Notes under the pieces: generated by a model
Told to the model about the DNA's origin: nothing
Databases searched by the model: none
The model's input: the letters and a program-made list of their open reading frames with translations, nothing else
In this document: one piece after another, positions 51,382 through 61,320 of the stretch
How positions within the stretch are numbered: the first letter of the stretch is position 1
Layout: the number at the start of each line of letters is the position of its first letter
Program-made: the position numbers and the translations under genes
IMG/VR virus record: IMGVR_UViG_3300046453_000081
Coordinates: 45,236 to 109,235 of that record
Reading direction: 5' to 3' (one strand)
Origin: a virus
DNA length: 64,000 nucleotides

Positions 51382-51579
51382 CTAACAATCTTTTCCTGAC
51401 AATTCTAATGTGTCATCAGTAAAGAAATAATATTTCCCATCATTTTCATTGGACAATAAGCACGAATAACCATATTTAAAAATAACTACAATAGTAAATT
51501 CTTTACCTCTGTTTGAACCCAATGTACAAATCACCTTTTGACCAATTTTAAATTTTGTATTCAATTCTATCTTATTCAA
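51382..51579 (-). CDS. Array gene, small SH3/KOW-like protein
   Basis: KFKIGQKV...GKEFTIV pattern. Confidence 0.55.
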   Translation of the reverse strand: MNKIELNTKFKIGQKVICTLGSNRGKEFTIVVIFKYGYSCLLSNENDGKYYFFTDDTLELSGKDC

Positions 51580-51668
51580 ACAAATCAACCCTTTCATTTT
51601 TTTAAAACAAAGTAATGGGAATAGATTGTTATAGAGAATCTATTCCCCCTGTCTTTATTTTAAATCTG

Positions 51669-51923
51669 TTAAGGCAACAAGGCTACACTTTCACCTGTTT
51701 GAATAAAATAGGCACGTTGTAAGAATGCTAAAACATGGTCATGTTTTCCTTCCATGTATTCTTTTGCGCTTTTTTCTTCCCATTTGGTATAATCTTCAAG
51801 ATTATTCACATAAAACTTACCGTTTTTCGCTTCTTCAATACATGCCATTGCATTATCAGAAAACCATTTTCTAGTTTTTTGAATTGATTCTTCTGTTAAT
51901 TCGACTCCATTAAATTTTAGCAT
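51669..51923 (-). CDS. Array gene, hypothetical
   Basis: ORF with RBS. Confidence 0.6.
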   Translation of the reverse strand: MLKFNGVELTEESIQKTRKWFSDNAMACIEEAKNGKFYVNNLEDYTKWEEKSAKEYMEGKHDHVLAFLQRAYFIQTGESVALLP

Positions 51924-51986
51924 ATTTATCAACATTCCTTTCTTAACAAAATGCATTTTAACGTTTTGACAATTAATGTGTTATCT

Positions 51987-52142
51987 TCAATGATTTTGCA
52001 AATAAATATTGTATTCATGTTGTTTAGATTCAATGTAATCTTTTGCGTCTTCTCCATATTCTAAGCTAACAACTCTTAATTGTTCTTCAGTTAAAGAGCA
52101 TTCTTGAGATAACCATTGGCTAAAAGTTAAAACTTTAATCAT
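51987..52142 (-). CDS. Array gene, 51 aa (below ORF-track cutoff)
   Basis: ATG after shared RBS; MIKVLTFSQW... Confidence 0.55.
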   Translation of the reverse strand: MIKVLTFSQWLSQECSLTEEQLRVVSLEYGEDAKDYIESKQHEYNIYLQNH

Positions 52143-52233
52143 TTATAAATCAACCCTCTCAATTTTTATTTAAAACAAAGTAAGGGGAATAGGATTCTGT
52201 TATTGACTATTCCCCATGTCTTCATTTTAAAAA

Positions 52234-52485
52234 CTAATTTCTTTGTTCTATAGTAGAAACATGTTGTAAAACATATTCAGCGCAAATGTCTTCACCTCTT
52301 TGATAATCATAACTATTGTTATGACTTCCTACACAGATACAATCATTTCCATTATCAAAAATTTCAATCTTGTAATTATTGGGAAGGATTATCCAAAACG
52401 TATCCTCTCTACATTTTTGTAAAGGATATCCATGATTAAAAAGAGTATTGAAAACTGTTTGCATTACAGGACTATAATTTTTCAT
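52234..52485 (-). CDS. Array gene, hypothetical
   Basis: ATG after shared RBS. Confidence 0.6.
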   Translation of the reverse strand: MKNYSPVMQTVFNTLFNHGYPLQKCREDTFWIILPNNYKIEIFDNGNDCICVGSHNNSYDYQRGEDICAEYVLQHVSTIEQRN

Positions 52486-52614
52486 ATTAAAATCAACCCT
52501 TTCAAATTTAATTGGTACAATCTAATATTTTAGATTGTCCTTTCAATATTCTCTATTCAATTCTAATACAGAGAATACTCAAAGGACAGCTAAAAGCCTG
52601 TCCTATCTGTTATA

Positions 52615-52740
52615 TTAAATGAAGAATGGAACGAAAAATAATGATAAAAATATTAATGCTCCAATAATTACAAATCCATAAAATTCATCTTTATCCTTGT
52701 TATAGAAATTAGATAATACTTGATAGACATCTTGCAACAT
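52615..52740 (-). CDS. Array gene, 41-aa membrane peptide
   Basis: GGGGGA RBS; hydrophobic C-terminus. Confidence 0.45.
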   Translation of the reverse strand: MLQDVYQVLSNFYNKDKDEFYGFVIIGALIFLSLFFVPFFI

Positions 52741-52769
52741 GATTATTTCCCCCTGATTATATTTATTAT

Positions 52770-53186
52770 TTAAGCGTATTGTAAACTTTTCTTATAACCT
52801 TTAAATGAGTTAATTTCAAGATTGTTAATTTCACTAATTGTTTTTGTTAGATTCTTGAACAGACTGTCAACTCTATAATGTTTTTTGTACGATTTAAAAA
52901 AATCACCTTGTTTAGTTCTTAACCAAACAATTACTCTTAATGCATCTGCCCCTATATCCCTTGTTCTATCTGTCCTAATGTCCAATGATGAATAGATGAC
53001 AATACACTTGTTCGATTGATTGGTCTTTATCTTGTAAATTCTTTCCTTGGTGTTAAAACCTTTGTTAATCAGGGGCTTTGTTATGTCCTGAATACTGTTA
53101 ATAGACAGCCCTAAACCTGTTACAATAGCCTGTAATTCTGTTTCAAATTCCTGTTTGGTGAAAACACAAAAATTTTGCTTTGCCAT
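52770..53186 (-). CDS. Array gene, basic hypothetical protein
   Basis: YSSLD....RDIGADALRV motif. Confidence 0.65.
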   Translation of the reverse strand: MAKQNFCVFTKQEFETELQAIVTGLGLSINSIQDITKPLINKGFNTKERIYKIKTNQSNKCIVIYSSLDIRTDRTRDIGADALRVIVWLRTKQGDFFKSYKKHYRVDSLFKNLTKTISEINNLEINSFKGYKKSLQYA

Positions 53187-53271
53187 GTTAATCAACCCTT
53201 TCAAATTTGTTTATTTTAAAACCAATAAAAGAGACAACATTTTTCTGTTATCTCTTTTTTTGTTTTAAAAA

Positions 53272-53631
53272 TTATCGAATAATTCCACAATCGGTAACAT
53301 ATCCTTTAAAATTTTGTCCAAGGGCAATAAAGGATATTTCATGTACTCTTTTATATTCTGCCTTTCTTGTTTTCCCTTTTCCTATCCTTTCATTAGTTTC
53401 AGTTAATGACAGATTTTCAACCATATGAGAATCAATTTCTAATAGTCTTGTAATGGAAAAATGTATCTTTGTTTCAAGCGTTTTCCATTTACCTGTTTCG
53501 TCAATACAGTTATCATATGATGACTTACTCATTGCACGATATTCTGAATCAATATCAAAATGGAAAACATTTACACCATCTTTAAAGCCTGTTATATTGT
53601 CCTCTCTTAATTCAACTTGAAACATATTCAT
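53272..53631 (-). CDS. Array gene, hypothetical
   Basis: ATG after shared RBS. Confidence 0.6.
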   Translation of the reverse strand: MNMFQVELREDNITGFKDGVNVFHFDIDSEYRAMSKSSYDNCIDETGKWKTLETKIHFSITRLLEIDSHMVENLSLTETNERIGKGKTRKAEYKRVHEISFIALGQNFKGYVTDCGIIR

Positions 53632-53754
53632 TTCAATCAACCCTTTCAATTTTGGTACAAATCTAAAAAATATTTATTTCAGATTGTCCAATCAATTAAC
53701 AAGTCTGTTATATTGTTAACTGATTGGACAGCCTAAAAAATGGCTGTCATACTT

Positions 53755-54000
53755 TTATCTTTCAATGACAAATAATAACCCTTCATAATTGTCTTTTTCA
53801 AAATAGGCAGATATTTTGTCACCTGTCTCCAAATCTTGAATACTGTTTTCATCTGTAAAAAAGACACCTTCACCATTAACACTATTCACTGCATAATATT
53901 CTTGGTGATTTTCTACTACTTGAACATTGGTAACAGTGTAATCAAATTTTTCTGACTGAATACCTAATAAAAATAAAAACAACATCACAACATCAAACAT
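53755..54000 (-). CDS. Array gene, small exported or membrane protein
   Basis: Hydrophobic N-terminus. Confidence 0.55.
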   Translation of the reverse strand: MFDVVMLFLFLLGIQSEKFDYTVTNVQVVENHQEYYAVNSVNGEGVFFTDENSIQDLETGDKISAYFEKDNYEGLLFVIER

Positions 54001-54106
54001 CTAAAATCAACCCTCTCAAATTTGGTACGTTTTGAACGTCCTTTACATTTACACTGTTATAGCCCTTGTAAACATAAAGGACAGCCAAAAATCAGGCTGT
54101 CTGTTA

Positions 54107-54430
54107 TTAGAAACAATGTTTAATAATTAAGTCTTTAATCGTTCTCATTTCGCTTGTATAGTCCTGTCCTGCAATATAGCTTGCATTCCCTTTATGATTG
54201 ATAATCAATCTACTAAAAATACCATAACTTTTTGGTAAATTATCAATCTGTATATTGCATATTGCAATATACGGTTTACAACCTTTTCTAGATTCTGACA
54301 ATAAAAATTGTTTGAATTTCCATAGCATTTCCTGTCTTTCTTCGATAGGAGTATCAATCCATTCAAATTTGACATCATCATAATGTTTTCCACTGATTAA
54401 ATTTTCAAAGTTATACTGTTTGCAATTCAC
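54107..54430 (-). CDS. Array gene, hypothetical
   Basis: YIAGQDY motif; GTG after shared RBS. Confidence 0.6.
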   Translation of the reverse strand: MNCKQYNFENLISGKHYDDVKFEWIDTPIEERQEMLWKFKQFLLSESRKGCKPYIAICNIQIDNLPKSYGIFSRLIINHKGNASYIAGQDYTSEMRTIKDLIIKHCF

Positions 54431-54554
54431 ATAAATCAACCCTCTCAAATTTTTAGAACAATTTAAACTAGTGTTTAGATTGTCTTTTCAATTACTATTA
54501 TTGTTATGTTAGTAATTGAAAAGACAGCCTAAAATCTGACTGCCTTTGAAAAAA

Positions 54555-54869
54555 TTATAGACCCCAAATATAGATATATTCATTATCTGTTACATTTTTA
54601 AAACCTTGTTTTTCCCAAAATTCAATGGCTTCAAATAACGAATAAATAATAATTGGTCTGTTATCTTGTTTTAAATTATTAATGAATTCCGTACCATGTC
54701 CTTTCCCTCTATGATTTTCTTTGACAAATAAGTCTTCTAGCAATATAGCATCATGAACATTGTTTAAGTCTGTTAAGTCATATTCATCAAGTTTATACTT
54801 TGTTGTAAATTGTTTTAACTTGAATGGCTTAATAGATACCTTAGAAAAGATATGATTAAAATTTGTCAT
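54555..54869 (-). CDS. Array gene, GNAT acetyltransferase
   Basis: LFVKENHRGKGHGT; AIEFWEKQGF. Confidence 0.8.
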   Translation of the reverse strand: MTNFNHIFSKVSIKPFKLKQFTTKYKLDEYDLTDLNNVHDAILLEDLFVKENHRGKGHGTEFINNLKQDNRPIIIYSLFEAIEFWEKQGFKNVTDNEYIYIWGL

Positions 54870-54916
54870 AATTCACCTCTCTACACTGATTCAATAAAAA
54901 TCAGGCTGTCTGTTAT

Positions 54917-55243
54917 TTACCATTCTCTGCCCTGTATTAACATTTTTCGTTCCCATGCTATTAAATCATAATATTCACGTCTATCTTGATTGTCATTTTC
55001 AGGATAGATTTGTAATGCAATACTTGTAACCATGCTTTCATCTACATGTTTGGGCAAAGTCATTACTGTTTTGTTATTTTCCTCTATTCGGAAATAACAA
55101 TAGTAATCTGATTCACCATGTTCATTGCATTGATACCATTGCCTGTTAATCACTATTTTGATGTTGTTTTCGTTGATATCCTCATATTCATAGCGAATAT
55201 CAGGCATTTCAAATCCATAATCTTTCTGTTCATCTTGATACAT
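54917..55243 (-). CDS. Array gene, hypothetical
   Basis: ATG after shared RBS. Confidence 0.6.
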   Translation of the reverse strand: MYQDEQKDYGFEMPDIRYEYEDINENNIKIVINRQWYQCNEHGESDYYCYFRIEENNKTVMTLPKHVDESMVTSIALQIYPENDNQDRREYYDLIAWERKMLIQGREW

Positions 55244-55465
55244 ACTAAATCAACCCTTTCAAATTTGGTTTGGTACAATCTAGAATCAGATTGTCCTTTT
55301 TACTAATAACATGGTGCTAACTGTTATAATCGTTATTAGTAAAAAGGACAGTCCAAAAAATATGGGCTGTCTGTTATTGTTCATTCATTTTGTTTTCAAT
55401 CTTTTTATAGTACATAAGTAAATAATCAATTGCGGTTTGATTCTCTGCAATTATTTGTATGCTGT

Positions 55466-55663
55466 CTATAGGGGTTTTTTCAAATGCATACCATTGTAAT
55501 GGTTTTTTAAGGGTCTTAATTTTTCACATGATGTTATTTCCCCCGTCATTAGATTACAAACTGCAAATTTTTGTCCATCTCTTAACCAAGATGGAAGAAC
55601 AAATTTTCCTGTCTTTTCATTAAATTCAATTTCCATTCTTTGTGCAATGTTAACCTTTTCCAT
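55466..55663 (-). CDS. Array gene, hypothetical
   Basis: ATG after shared RBS. Confidence 0.55.
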   Translation of the reverse strand: MEKVNIAQRMEIEFNEKTGKFVLPSWLRDGQKFAVCNLMTGEITSCEKLRPLKNHYNGMHLKKPL

Positions 55664-55775
55664 ATCAATCAACCCTTTCAAATTCGATTTGGTACAATCA
55701 AATCATTTGGCTGTCCTTTCAATCAGTCATTAGTGACAGATTCAAAGGACAGCCAAAAAGAAGGCTGTCTGTCTG

Positions 55776-55949
55776 TTATTCAGAATAAACAAGTTCATTG
55801 TATTGTTTTTCCGCTGTCTGTCTGTCTGACCCAAAATGAAAATTCATATTCTTTCTTTCAAAGTAAATAGTATAGCCCTCACTGTCTTTAATCAGTCTGA
55901 CATCAAATCCAAATTCGTCCTGACCCTGTTTTAATACGACAAAATCCAT
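55776..55949 (-). CDS. Array gene, 57 aa, paralogue of the N-terminal part of 57633-58013
   Basis: MDFVVLKQGQDEFG..SDRQTAEKQYNELV vs LSILKEGQDNKG..SDSKKADSMYNSLV. Confidence 0.55.
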   Translation of the reverse strand: MDFVVLKQGQDEFGFDVRLIKDSEGYTIYFERKNMNFHFGSDRQTAEKQYNELVYSE

Positions 55950-56175
55950 CTTTTAACGTCCCCCTTTATATTCTTTAAAACATGCAAAACAGATTGATTT
56001 TAGACCCTGTTTTACTTTTAATTGCTTACAAGATGGACAGATGAAATATTTTTTAACCTTTTTCATTTAATCAACCCTTTCAATTTTGGTACATAGCTTT
56101 GTATGTCCTTTATGTTTATACTGTTATTCCGCTATAAACATAAAGGACAGCCAAATAAATAAGCTGTCAATAGTG

Positions 56176-56346
56176 TTAATCATAAAATTTTTCAAAGATG
56201 ATATATTTTTCAAAGTGGGCTACATTCCCTATGTCTGTTATGTCATAGCCCTTTTCTTTCATTCTGTTTACAGTATTAGCCCATTTTTCAGTGTTTTCTT
56301 CTTCCTTAAAATAGATATACTGAATTTTTTCATGAAATTTTTTCAT
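56176..56346 (-). CDS. Array gene, hypothetical
   Basis: ATG after shared RBS. Confidence 0.55.
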   Translation of the reverse strand: MKKFHEKIQYIYFKEEENTEKWANTVNRMKEKGYDITDIGNVAHFEKYIIFEKFYD

Positions 56347-56439
56347 TTCAATCAACCCTTTCAAATTTTTAAAATCAATAAAAGGAATAACATTATTGTC
56401 ATATTATTAATGACTGTTATTCCCTATCAGATATTAAAA

Positions 56440-56739
56440 TTATCTAGTCAGTGTTTTTAGCTGTCTATCCCATGTCTTTAATTTTCTTTCAAGTTTCTTG
56501 ATTATTTCAGGGTTTTCAGCCTTTTTTAATTCGTCTTGAATTTCTTCAATTGTTTGTTTGGTTACAATTATTTTCATATCTTTTTCAATTCTTAGCCTTT
56601 GTTCGACTATCAAATCAACTGTATGTCTAGTTTTGCCATATTCTAGATATGGTGTATTCATCATAATTTTGACTGCTTTTTGTAAGTCATCACAGGCTAT
56701 ACTCATTTTTTCTAACCGTTCTTTAACTGTTAATTCCAC
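56440..56739 (-). CDS. Array gene, coiled-coil protein
   Basis: GTG after shared RBS. Confidence 0.6.
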   Translation of the reverse strand: MELTVKERLEKMSIACDDLQKAVKIMMNTPYLEYGKTRHTVDLIVEQRLRIEKDMKIIVTKQTIEEIQDELKKAENPEIIKKLERKLKTWDRQLKTLTR

Positions 56740-56868
56740 TACAAATCAACCCTTTCAAATTTGGTGATACAATCAAGATTTTCAGTTTTGATTGTCCTTT
56801 TCACTAATACTGTAGTGTTATCTGTTATTAGCAAAAAGGACAGCCAAACAAAAATGGCTGTCTGTTAT

Positions 56869-57237
56869 CTATTCGATGACAATTTTAAAATAAGAATTAT
56901 CATTATAGACAACATAGTAATTATTTTTATTCACTGTTATTTTTTTGATACTATCCGCTGAAAATTGTTCAGATGGGTATTTTTCATCATTTAATACTAC
57001 ATAAATAGTATTATTTTCACAAAAAACCTCTGTTATTATTCCCCTTGCTATACATGTTTGTTTTCCTGATAATAATTCTTGAATATTTTCTACATTCCAC
57101 CCATTGTGAATCGAATACTTTTTACCTTTTCTTTCAATTAATTGGTGATAGAATTCACTTTTTGATAGCTCTTTTCCAATAATTTCATTGACCTTGTTAT
57201 CTCTGTCTTTGATAAATTTTTCAGTATACTTATTCAC
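56869..57237 (-). CDS. Array gene, hypothetical
   Basis: GTG after shared RBS. Confidence 0.6.
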   Translation of the reverse strand: MNKYTEKFIKDRDNKVNEIIGKELSKSEFYHQLIERKGKKYSIHNGWNVENIQELLSGKQTCIARGIITEVFCENNTIYVVLNDEKYPSEQFSADSIKKITVNKNNYYVVYNDNSYFKIVIE

Positions 57238-57364
57238 ACAAATCAACCCTTTCAATTTTTTTGTTTGGTACAATCTAGAATCAGATTGTCCATTCAATTA
57301 ACACTATTGTTATACTGTTATGTTGTTAATTGAATGGACAGCCTAATATCAGGCTGTCATACTG

Positions 57365-57517
57365 TTATTTTTTTGTTTTATTGACACCAAATAATCTAGT
57401 ACTGCCACAATCTTTGCATTGCCATTCTTCACATATTTCTGTTTTTATTACAATTTCATGCTTTTTTAAGTCATTACATTTTTTACAAAATACACTAACA
57501 TCATCATTTTTTAACAT
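57365..57517 (-). CDS. Array gene, 50-aa Zn ribbon
   Basis: FCKKC...WQCKDCG; ATG after shared RBS. Confidence 0.55.
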   Translation of the reverse strand: MLKNDDVSVFCKKCNDLKKHEIVIKTEICEEWQCKDCGSTRLFGVNKTKK

Positions 57518-57632
57518 TCCAAATCAACCCTTTCAAATTATTAGAACAATCGTTATTAGATTGTCTTTCAAGTATACACTTTTGTTATAGTATAAACTTG
57601 AAAGACAGCCTAAAATCAGGCTGTCAGGTTGT

Positions 57633-58013
57633 TTATTTTAATTCTACATTAAACAACGCTTCGATAGTGTTTAATATTGTATCACTATATCCAATGATAC
57701 CTTCATACCTAAGATACATGTCAAACAATTCTTTGTTGTCGTATTTTCTCATTATCTTTTCGTCTTGACTGTTGTCATTTTCGTCAATGTCTAACATCTC
57801 TCTGACCCTACTCATAATTGTGAAGGGGATAACCCTGTCAGATACTAGACTGTTATACATAGAATCTGCCTTTTTAGAGTCTGAATAATTATGATAACTA
57901 ATGCTAGTTTTACTTTCAATTTTTATGACATATTGCCCTATGTTGCCTTTTGCTAGTTGGACAATATTTCCTTTATTGTCCTGACCCTCTTTTAAAATAG
58001 ATAAGTTTTCCAT
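57633..58013 (-). CDS. Array gene, hypothetical
   Basis: YLRYEGIIGY motif. Confidence 0.6.
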   Translation of the reverse strand: MENLSILKEGQDNKGNIVQLAKGNIGQYVIKIESKTSISYHNYSDSKKADSMYNSLVSDRVIPFTIMSRVREMLDIDENDNSQDEKIMRKYDNKELFDMYLRYEGIIGYSDTILNTIEALFNVELK

Positions 58014-58120
58014 ATTACAAATCAACCCTTTCAAATTTGGTACGCTTTGAACGTCCTTTTTGTTTATAACTATCTAACTGTTATAAACAAAAAGGACAGC
58101 CAAATAATAAAGGCTGTCTG

Positions 58121-58381
58121 TTATAGGTATTTATTATCATACCAATGATTAAACAATTTTTTCATTGTATAAAATCTGTCTGATAGTTCTTTTAATTTTT
58201 CGTCCTTGAAATATAAAGACAAATCCCAAATTTCAATGTCTAGATTATCAATTGAAATTATTACATCTAATTGTAAATTTTCATCAAATGATAGAAATTC
58301 TTCCTTTGATATTTTTTCAATCAAAGAAAATTTTTTAATCAATTTTTCACTAGAAATTTGTACATAATTTTGCATATCCAT
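58121..58381 (-). CDS. Array gene, hypothetical
   Basis: ATG after shared RBS. Confidence 0.6.
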   Translation of the reverse strand: MDMQNYVQISSEKLIKKFSLIEKISKEEFLSFDENLQLDVIISIDNLDIEIWDLSLYFKDEKLKELSDRFYTMKKLFNHWYDNKYL

Positions 58382-58477
58382 TATAAATCAACCCTCTCAA
58401 ATTTGTTTTTAAAGCTAATGAAATGGATAACACTATTATCATACTGTTATAGTGTTATCCATTTTTTAGGCTTAAAA

Positions 58478-58813
58478 TTAAGCTGTCACTAGAATTATTT
58501 CACCCTGTGATAATTTAAAATATTGTTGGTTGTTATGTCCCAATAAATCTAACATGGTGTTAAGACTATCCCTATCACTGTTAGAATACCCATAATAATA
58601 GACAATCTCATTATCATTGTATTCAAGTGTTAACGTCCCATAATGAAACAATCTTGTTACAAGACATTTCGGGTCGGGGTATATTTCTTGCTCAATTCTA
58701 TATACTTCATTTCCCTGTCTTTTTAAGGACATACTAACAAAATCATCTGTTTTTTCAAATGCTTTGTTTAAAAGATTCTCGATAATTTTTACACTTTTTC
58801 CATATCTTGCCAT
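58478..58813 (-). CDS. Array gene, hypothetical
   Basis: LFHYGT..YGYSNSDRDSLN motif. Confidence 0.6.
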   Translation of the reverse strand: MARYGKSVKIIENLLNKAFEKTDDFVSMSLKRQGNEVYRIEQEIYPDPKCLVTRLFHYGTLTLEYNDNEIVYYYGYSNSDRDSLNTMLDLLGHNNQQYFKLSQGEIILVTA

Positions 58814-58938
58814 AACTAAAATCAACCCTTTCAAATTTGGTATAATCTAGGATAAAAATAATCTTTGATTGTCCTTTCATTTTCCACCATAGGCAGAAAA
58901 TCAAAGGACAGCCAAATAAATGGCTGTCTGTTATAGGG

Positions 58939-59130
58939 TTATTTCTCAATATATAATACCCTGTTAAATTTTTCTGACAAATGACACTTAATTCCCTTTT
59001 CAAGCAATACATCATATACTTTTTGTAATTCCTCTCTATTGCCTAAAATCTGATAATTTTTGGAAAATTCGTCAATAGATAACCATTTGCTTATAGTCTT
59101 AACTAGTTTTGATAAATCTTTCTTTGCCAT
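58939..59130 (-). CDS. Array gene, hypothetical
   Basis: ATG after shared RBS. Confidence 0.55.
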   Translation of the reverse strand: MAKKDLSKLVKTISKWLSIDEFSKNYQILGNREELQKVYDVLLEKGIKCHLSEKFNRVLYIEK

Positions 59131-59213
59131 AATAAAATCAACCCTCTCAAATTTGTTTTTAAAGCTAATGAAAAGGATAACAACCTTGTTATGTTGTTAT
59201 CCTCTTTTTAATT

Positions 59214-59390
59214 TTAAAATCCATCAAAATAGATAACCGCTATTATTTCCCTTGTAGCCTTTAATTCGATGCCTATTTTATTTCCATTGTTGTATAGGTT
59301 AACTTTATGGGCTGTCAATCCATTACCCCTCAAAATAGCCCTCAGTTCTTTTTGTTTTTTTATTGATAGTTCTTTCATTTTTATTAACAT
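59214..59390 (-). CDS. Array gene, 58 aa
   Basis: ATG after shared RBS. Confidence 0.5.
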   Translation of the reverse strand: MLIKMKELSIKKQKELRAILRGNGLTAHKVNLYNNGNKIGIELKATREIIAVIYFDGF

Positions 59391-59486
59391 CTAAAATCAA
59401 CCCTTTCAAATTTTTTTAAAGCCAATGAAGGAAATAACTCTATTTTCATAGTGTTAACTGTTATTTCCTTTTTTGCTTTAAAACTA

Positions 59487-59966
59487 TCAACCTGTTATTT
59501 TAACCTTTGATTTTTTGTTTGCTGTCTGTATTGTTTCTTTTCCGTATTTGTTAACCTTGTAATCGTAACTAGTAGCCTTTTTTCGTTTGGTTGTAAGATT
59601 TTCTGTCCAATACCATTTTTTATTTGACCCTGACCACTTAAAGCCAAGGCTTTTTAGAGTCTCTTTTATGGAATAAGTTTCACCATATACCCAAATCCAA
59701 GACCCTATAATGTCAATTGTTATAGCGTCAAATTTTACAATGTTATTAACAACGTCACGATAGTTAAAGCTGTCTGTATGTCCTTCTTTGTCTGTCTTAA
59801 CGTCTTTCAATTGTGCAAAAAGATTGTCATACTCATTATTGATATCTTGCATAATTTTGGTAGTATCTTTATCTCTGTTTAAATCAGGGTGAAATTGTTT
59901 TGCAAGCGTCTTGTATGCCTTTTTCAATTCTTCCATAGTGGTAACGTTTTTAAAGTATTTATACAT
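59487..59966 (-). CDS. Array gene, DnaJ J-domain protein
   Basis: ELKKAYKTLAKQFHPDLN...MQDINNEY (HPD motif). Confidence 0.8.
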   Translation of the reverse strand: MYKYFKNVTTMEELKKAYKTLAKQFHPDLNRDKDTTKIMQDINNEYDNLFAQLKDVKTDKEGHTDSFNYRDVVNNIVKFDAITIDIIGSWIWVYGETYSIKETLKSLGFKWSGSNKKWYWTENLTTKRKKATSYDYKVNKYGKETIQTANKKSKVKITG

Positions 59967-60045
59967 CTAAAATCAACCCTTTCAAATTTTTTAAAGCTAA
60001 TGAAAAGGTTAACACTGCTGTTATAGTGTTAACCCCTTTTTAGTC

Positions 60046-60438
60046 TTAAAATTGGTTTATGTTACGTCTAACTAGTGTTAATTGGTCAGGCTTGTTAAAG
60101 TGGTCTTTTCTGTCAAAAACTTTTTTGGCTTGTTTGTCTGAAAATCCTACCTTGGTTAAAATCTCGTATGACCCCCTAGAACCTTCACCATGATATCCAA
60201 ACGAACAACCATAAAAAATAACTGTCTGTCCTGTTATAGTGAATAGTTTCAAACGATACCAATTCTTTGAATCATATTGCAATATAGCCCTTTTTACAGG
60301 TGACATATATTTTTCAATATGCTTAAAAAATTCTAATGACTGTTTAGTAATGCCATTAGCATATAGATTATAATTTTTGTCTTTGATGTGTGTTACCCCT
60401 CTTTGAATATCTCTTTTTAAAATTGTTTGCCCCAACAT
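60046..60438 (-). CDS. Array gene, hypothetical
   Basis: GCSFGYHGEGSRG motif. Confidence 0.6.
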   Translation of the reverse strand: MLGQTILKRDIQRGVTHIKDKNYNLYANGITKQSLEFFKHIEKYMSPVKRAILQYDSKNWYRLKLFTITGQTVIFYGCSFGYHGEGSRGSYEILTKVGFSDKQAKKVFDRKDHFNKPDQLTLVRRNINQF

Positions 60439-60538
60439 AAAATCAACCCTTTCAAATTTGTTTTAAAGCTAATGAAGGAAATAACATTTTACCTATGTTG
60501 TTAAGGTTGTTATTTCCTTTTTTGCTTTAAACTGTCTG

Positions 60539-60811
60539 TTAGCTTTTTGTTTTAAATTTTAATTCAGCGTTTTCACTGTCAGATGAATAATAACCATTGG
60601 AAAAGCTATTGAATTCGCTGTTATATGTCCAAACTACATAGGGCTGATATGCTTCTTGTTTATAGCAAAGCGCTACAAATAAATATTCGTCTAATGGGTT
60701 ATTTGTCAAATATCTAAAATCTAACAATTCGAAGCCCATGTTTTTGGCTGTCATTGTAGCCTTTTCTTTCATTTCTAAACGGTTTTCCAATCTTGTATAA
60801 ATTTCTACCAT
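60539..60811 (-). CDS. Array gene, paralogue of 27509-27739
   Basis: YVVWTYNSEFNSFSNGYY. Confidence 0.6.
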   Translation of the reverse strand: MVEIYTRLENRLEMKEKATMTAKNMGFELLDFRYLTNNPLDEYLFVALCYKQEAYQPYVVWTYNSEFNSFSNGYYSSDSENAELKFKTKS

Positions 60812-60934
60812 GTTAAATCAACCCTTTCAATTTTGGTACGCTTTGAACGTCCTTTTCATCATTATCATAGTGATTATATTTATCACCTGTTAATAACAAA
60901 AAGGACAGCCAAATGATAAAGGCTGTCTGTTATC

Positions 60935-61222
60935 TTACTTTTCCTTTTTTTGGTGGATATCCACCATGTTTTCATATGTTGTTATAACCAAATTATTGAT
61001 ATCTCTTATAAATTGTCTTCTTTGTTGATACAAAGGTGAACGAATGTCATTAATCTGACTGACATGTTCAATTAATTCCTTTGACATCTTTTCCATTTTT
61101 TCATGTTGTTCAATAGCAGGCTTGTAACTTTTTTCCGTTTCCATTAATACTATTGCATCATTGGAAATTTCTGTTAATACCTCAATAATTTTTTCATCTG
61201 ATAAACCTGTAAACCATGCCAT
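60935..61222 (-). CDS. Array gene, hypothetical
   Basis: ATG after shared RBS. Confidence 0.6.
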   Translation of the reverse strand: MAWFTGLSDEKIIEVLTEISNDAIVLMETEKSYKPAIEQHEKMEKMSKELIEHVSQINDIRSPLYQQRRQFIRDINNLVITTYENMVDIHQKKEK

Positions 61223-61320
61223 TACAATCAACCCTTTCAAATTTGTTTTTAAAGCTAATGAAAAGGATAACAACCTTGTTGTTATCCACTTTTTAGTTTT
61301 AAAACTGTTTTTACTGTCTG

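Noticed and set aside
55776-55949. Phase-variable frameshift at the (GACA)3 repeat
   Set aside because: On recount the ORF is in frame and aligns with its paralogue.
52491-60933. Known self-cleaving ribozymes (hammerhead, twister, pistol, hairpin, HDV-like) or plain terminators
   Set aside because: Conserved ribozyme core nucleotides were not found by eye, and several copies lack a U-tract after the first hairpin.
51061-61273. Shared N-terminal 'MKGLI' peptide in many ORFs
   Set aside because: Artefact of translating the RBS block (TTG AAA GGG TTG ATT); true starts lie downstream.
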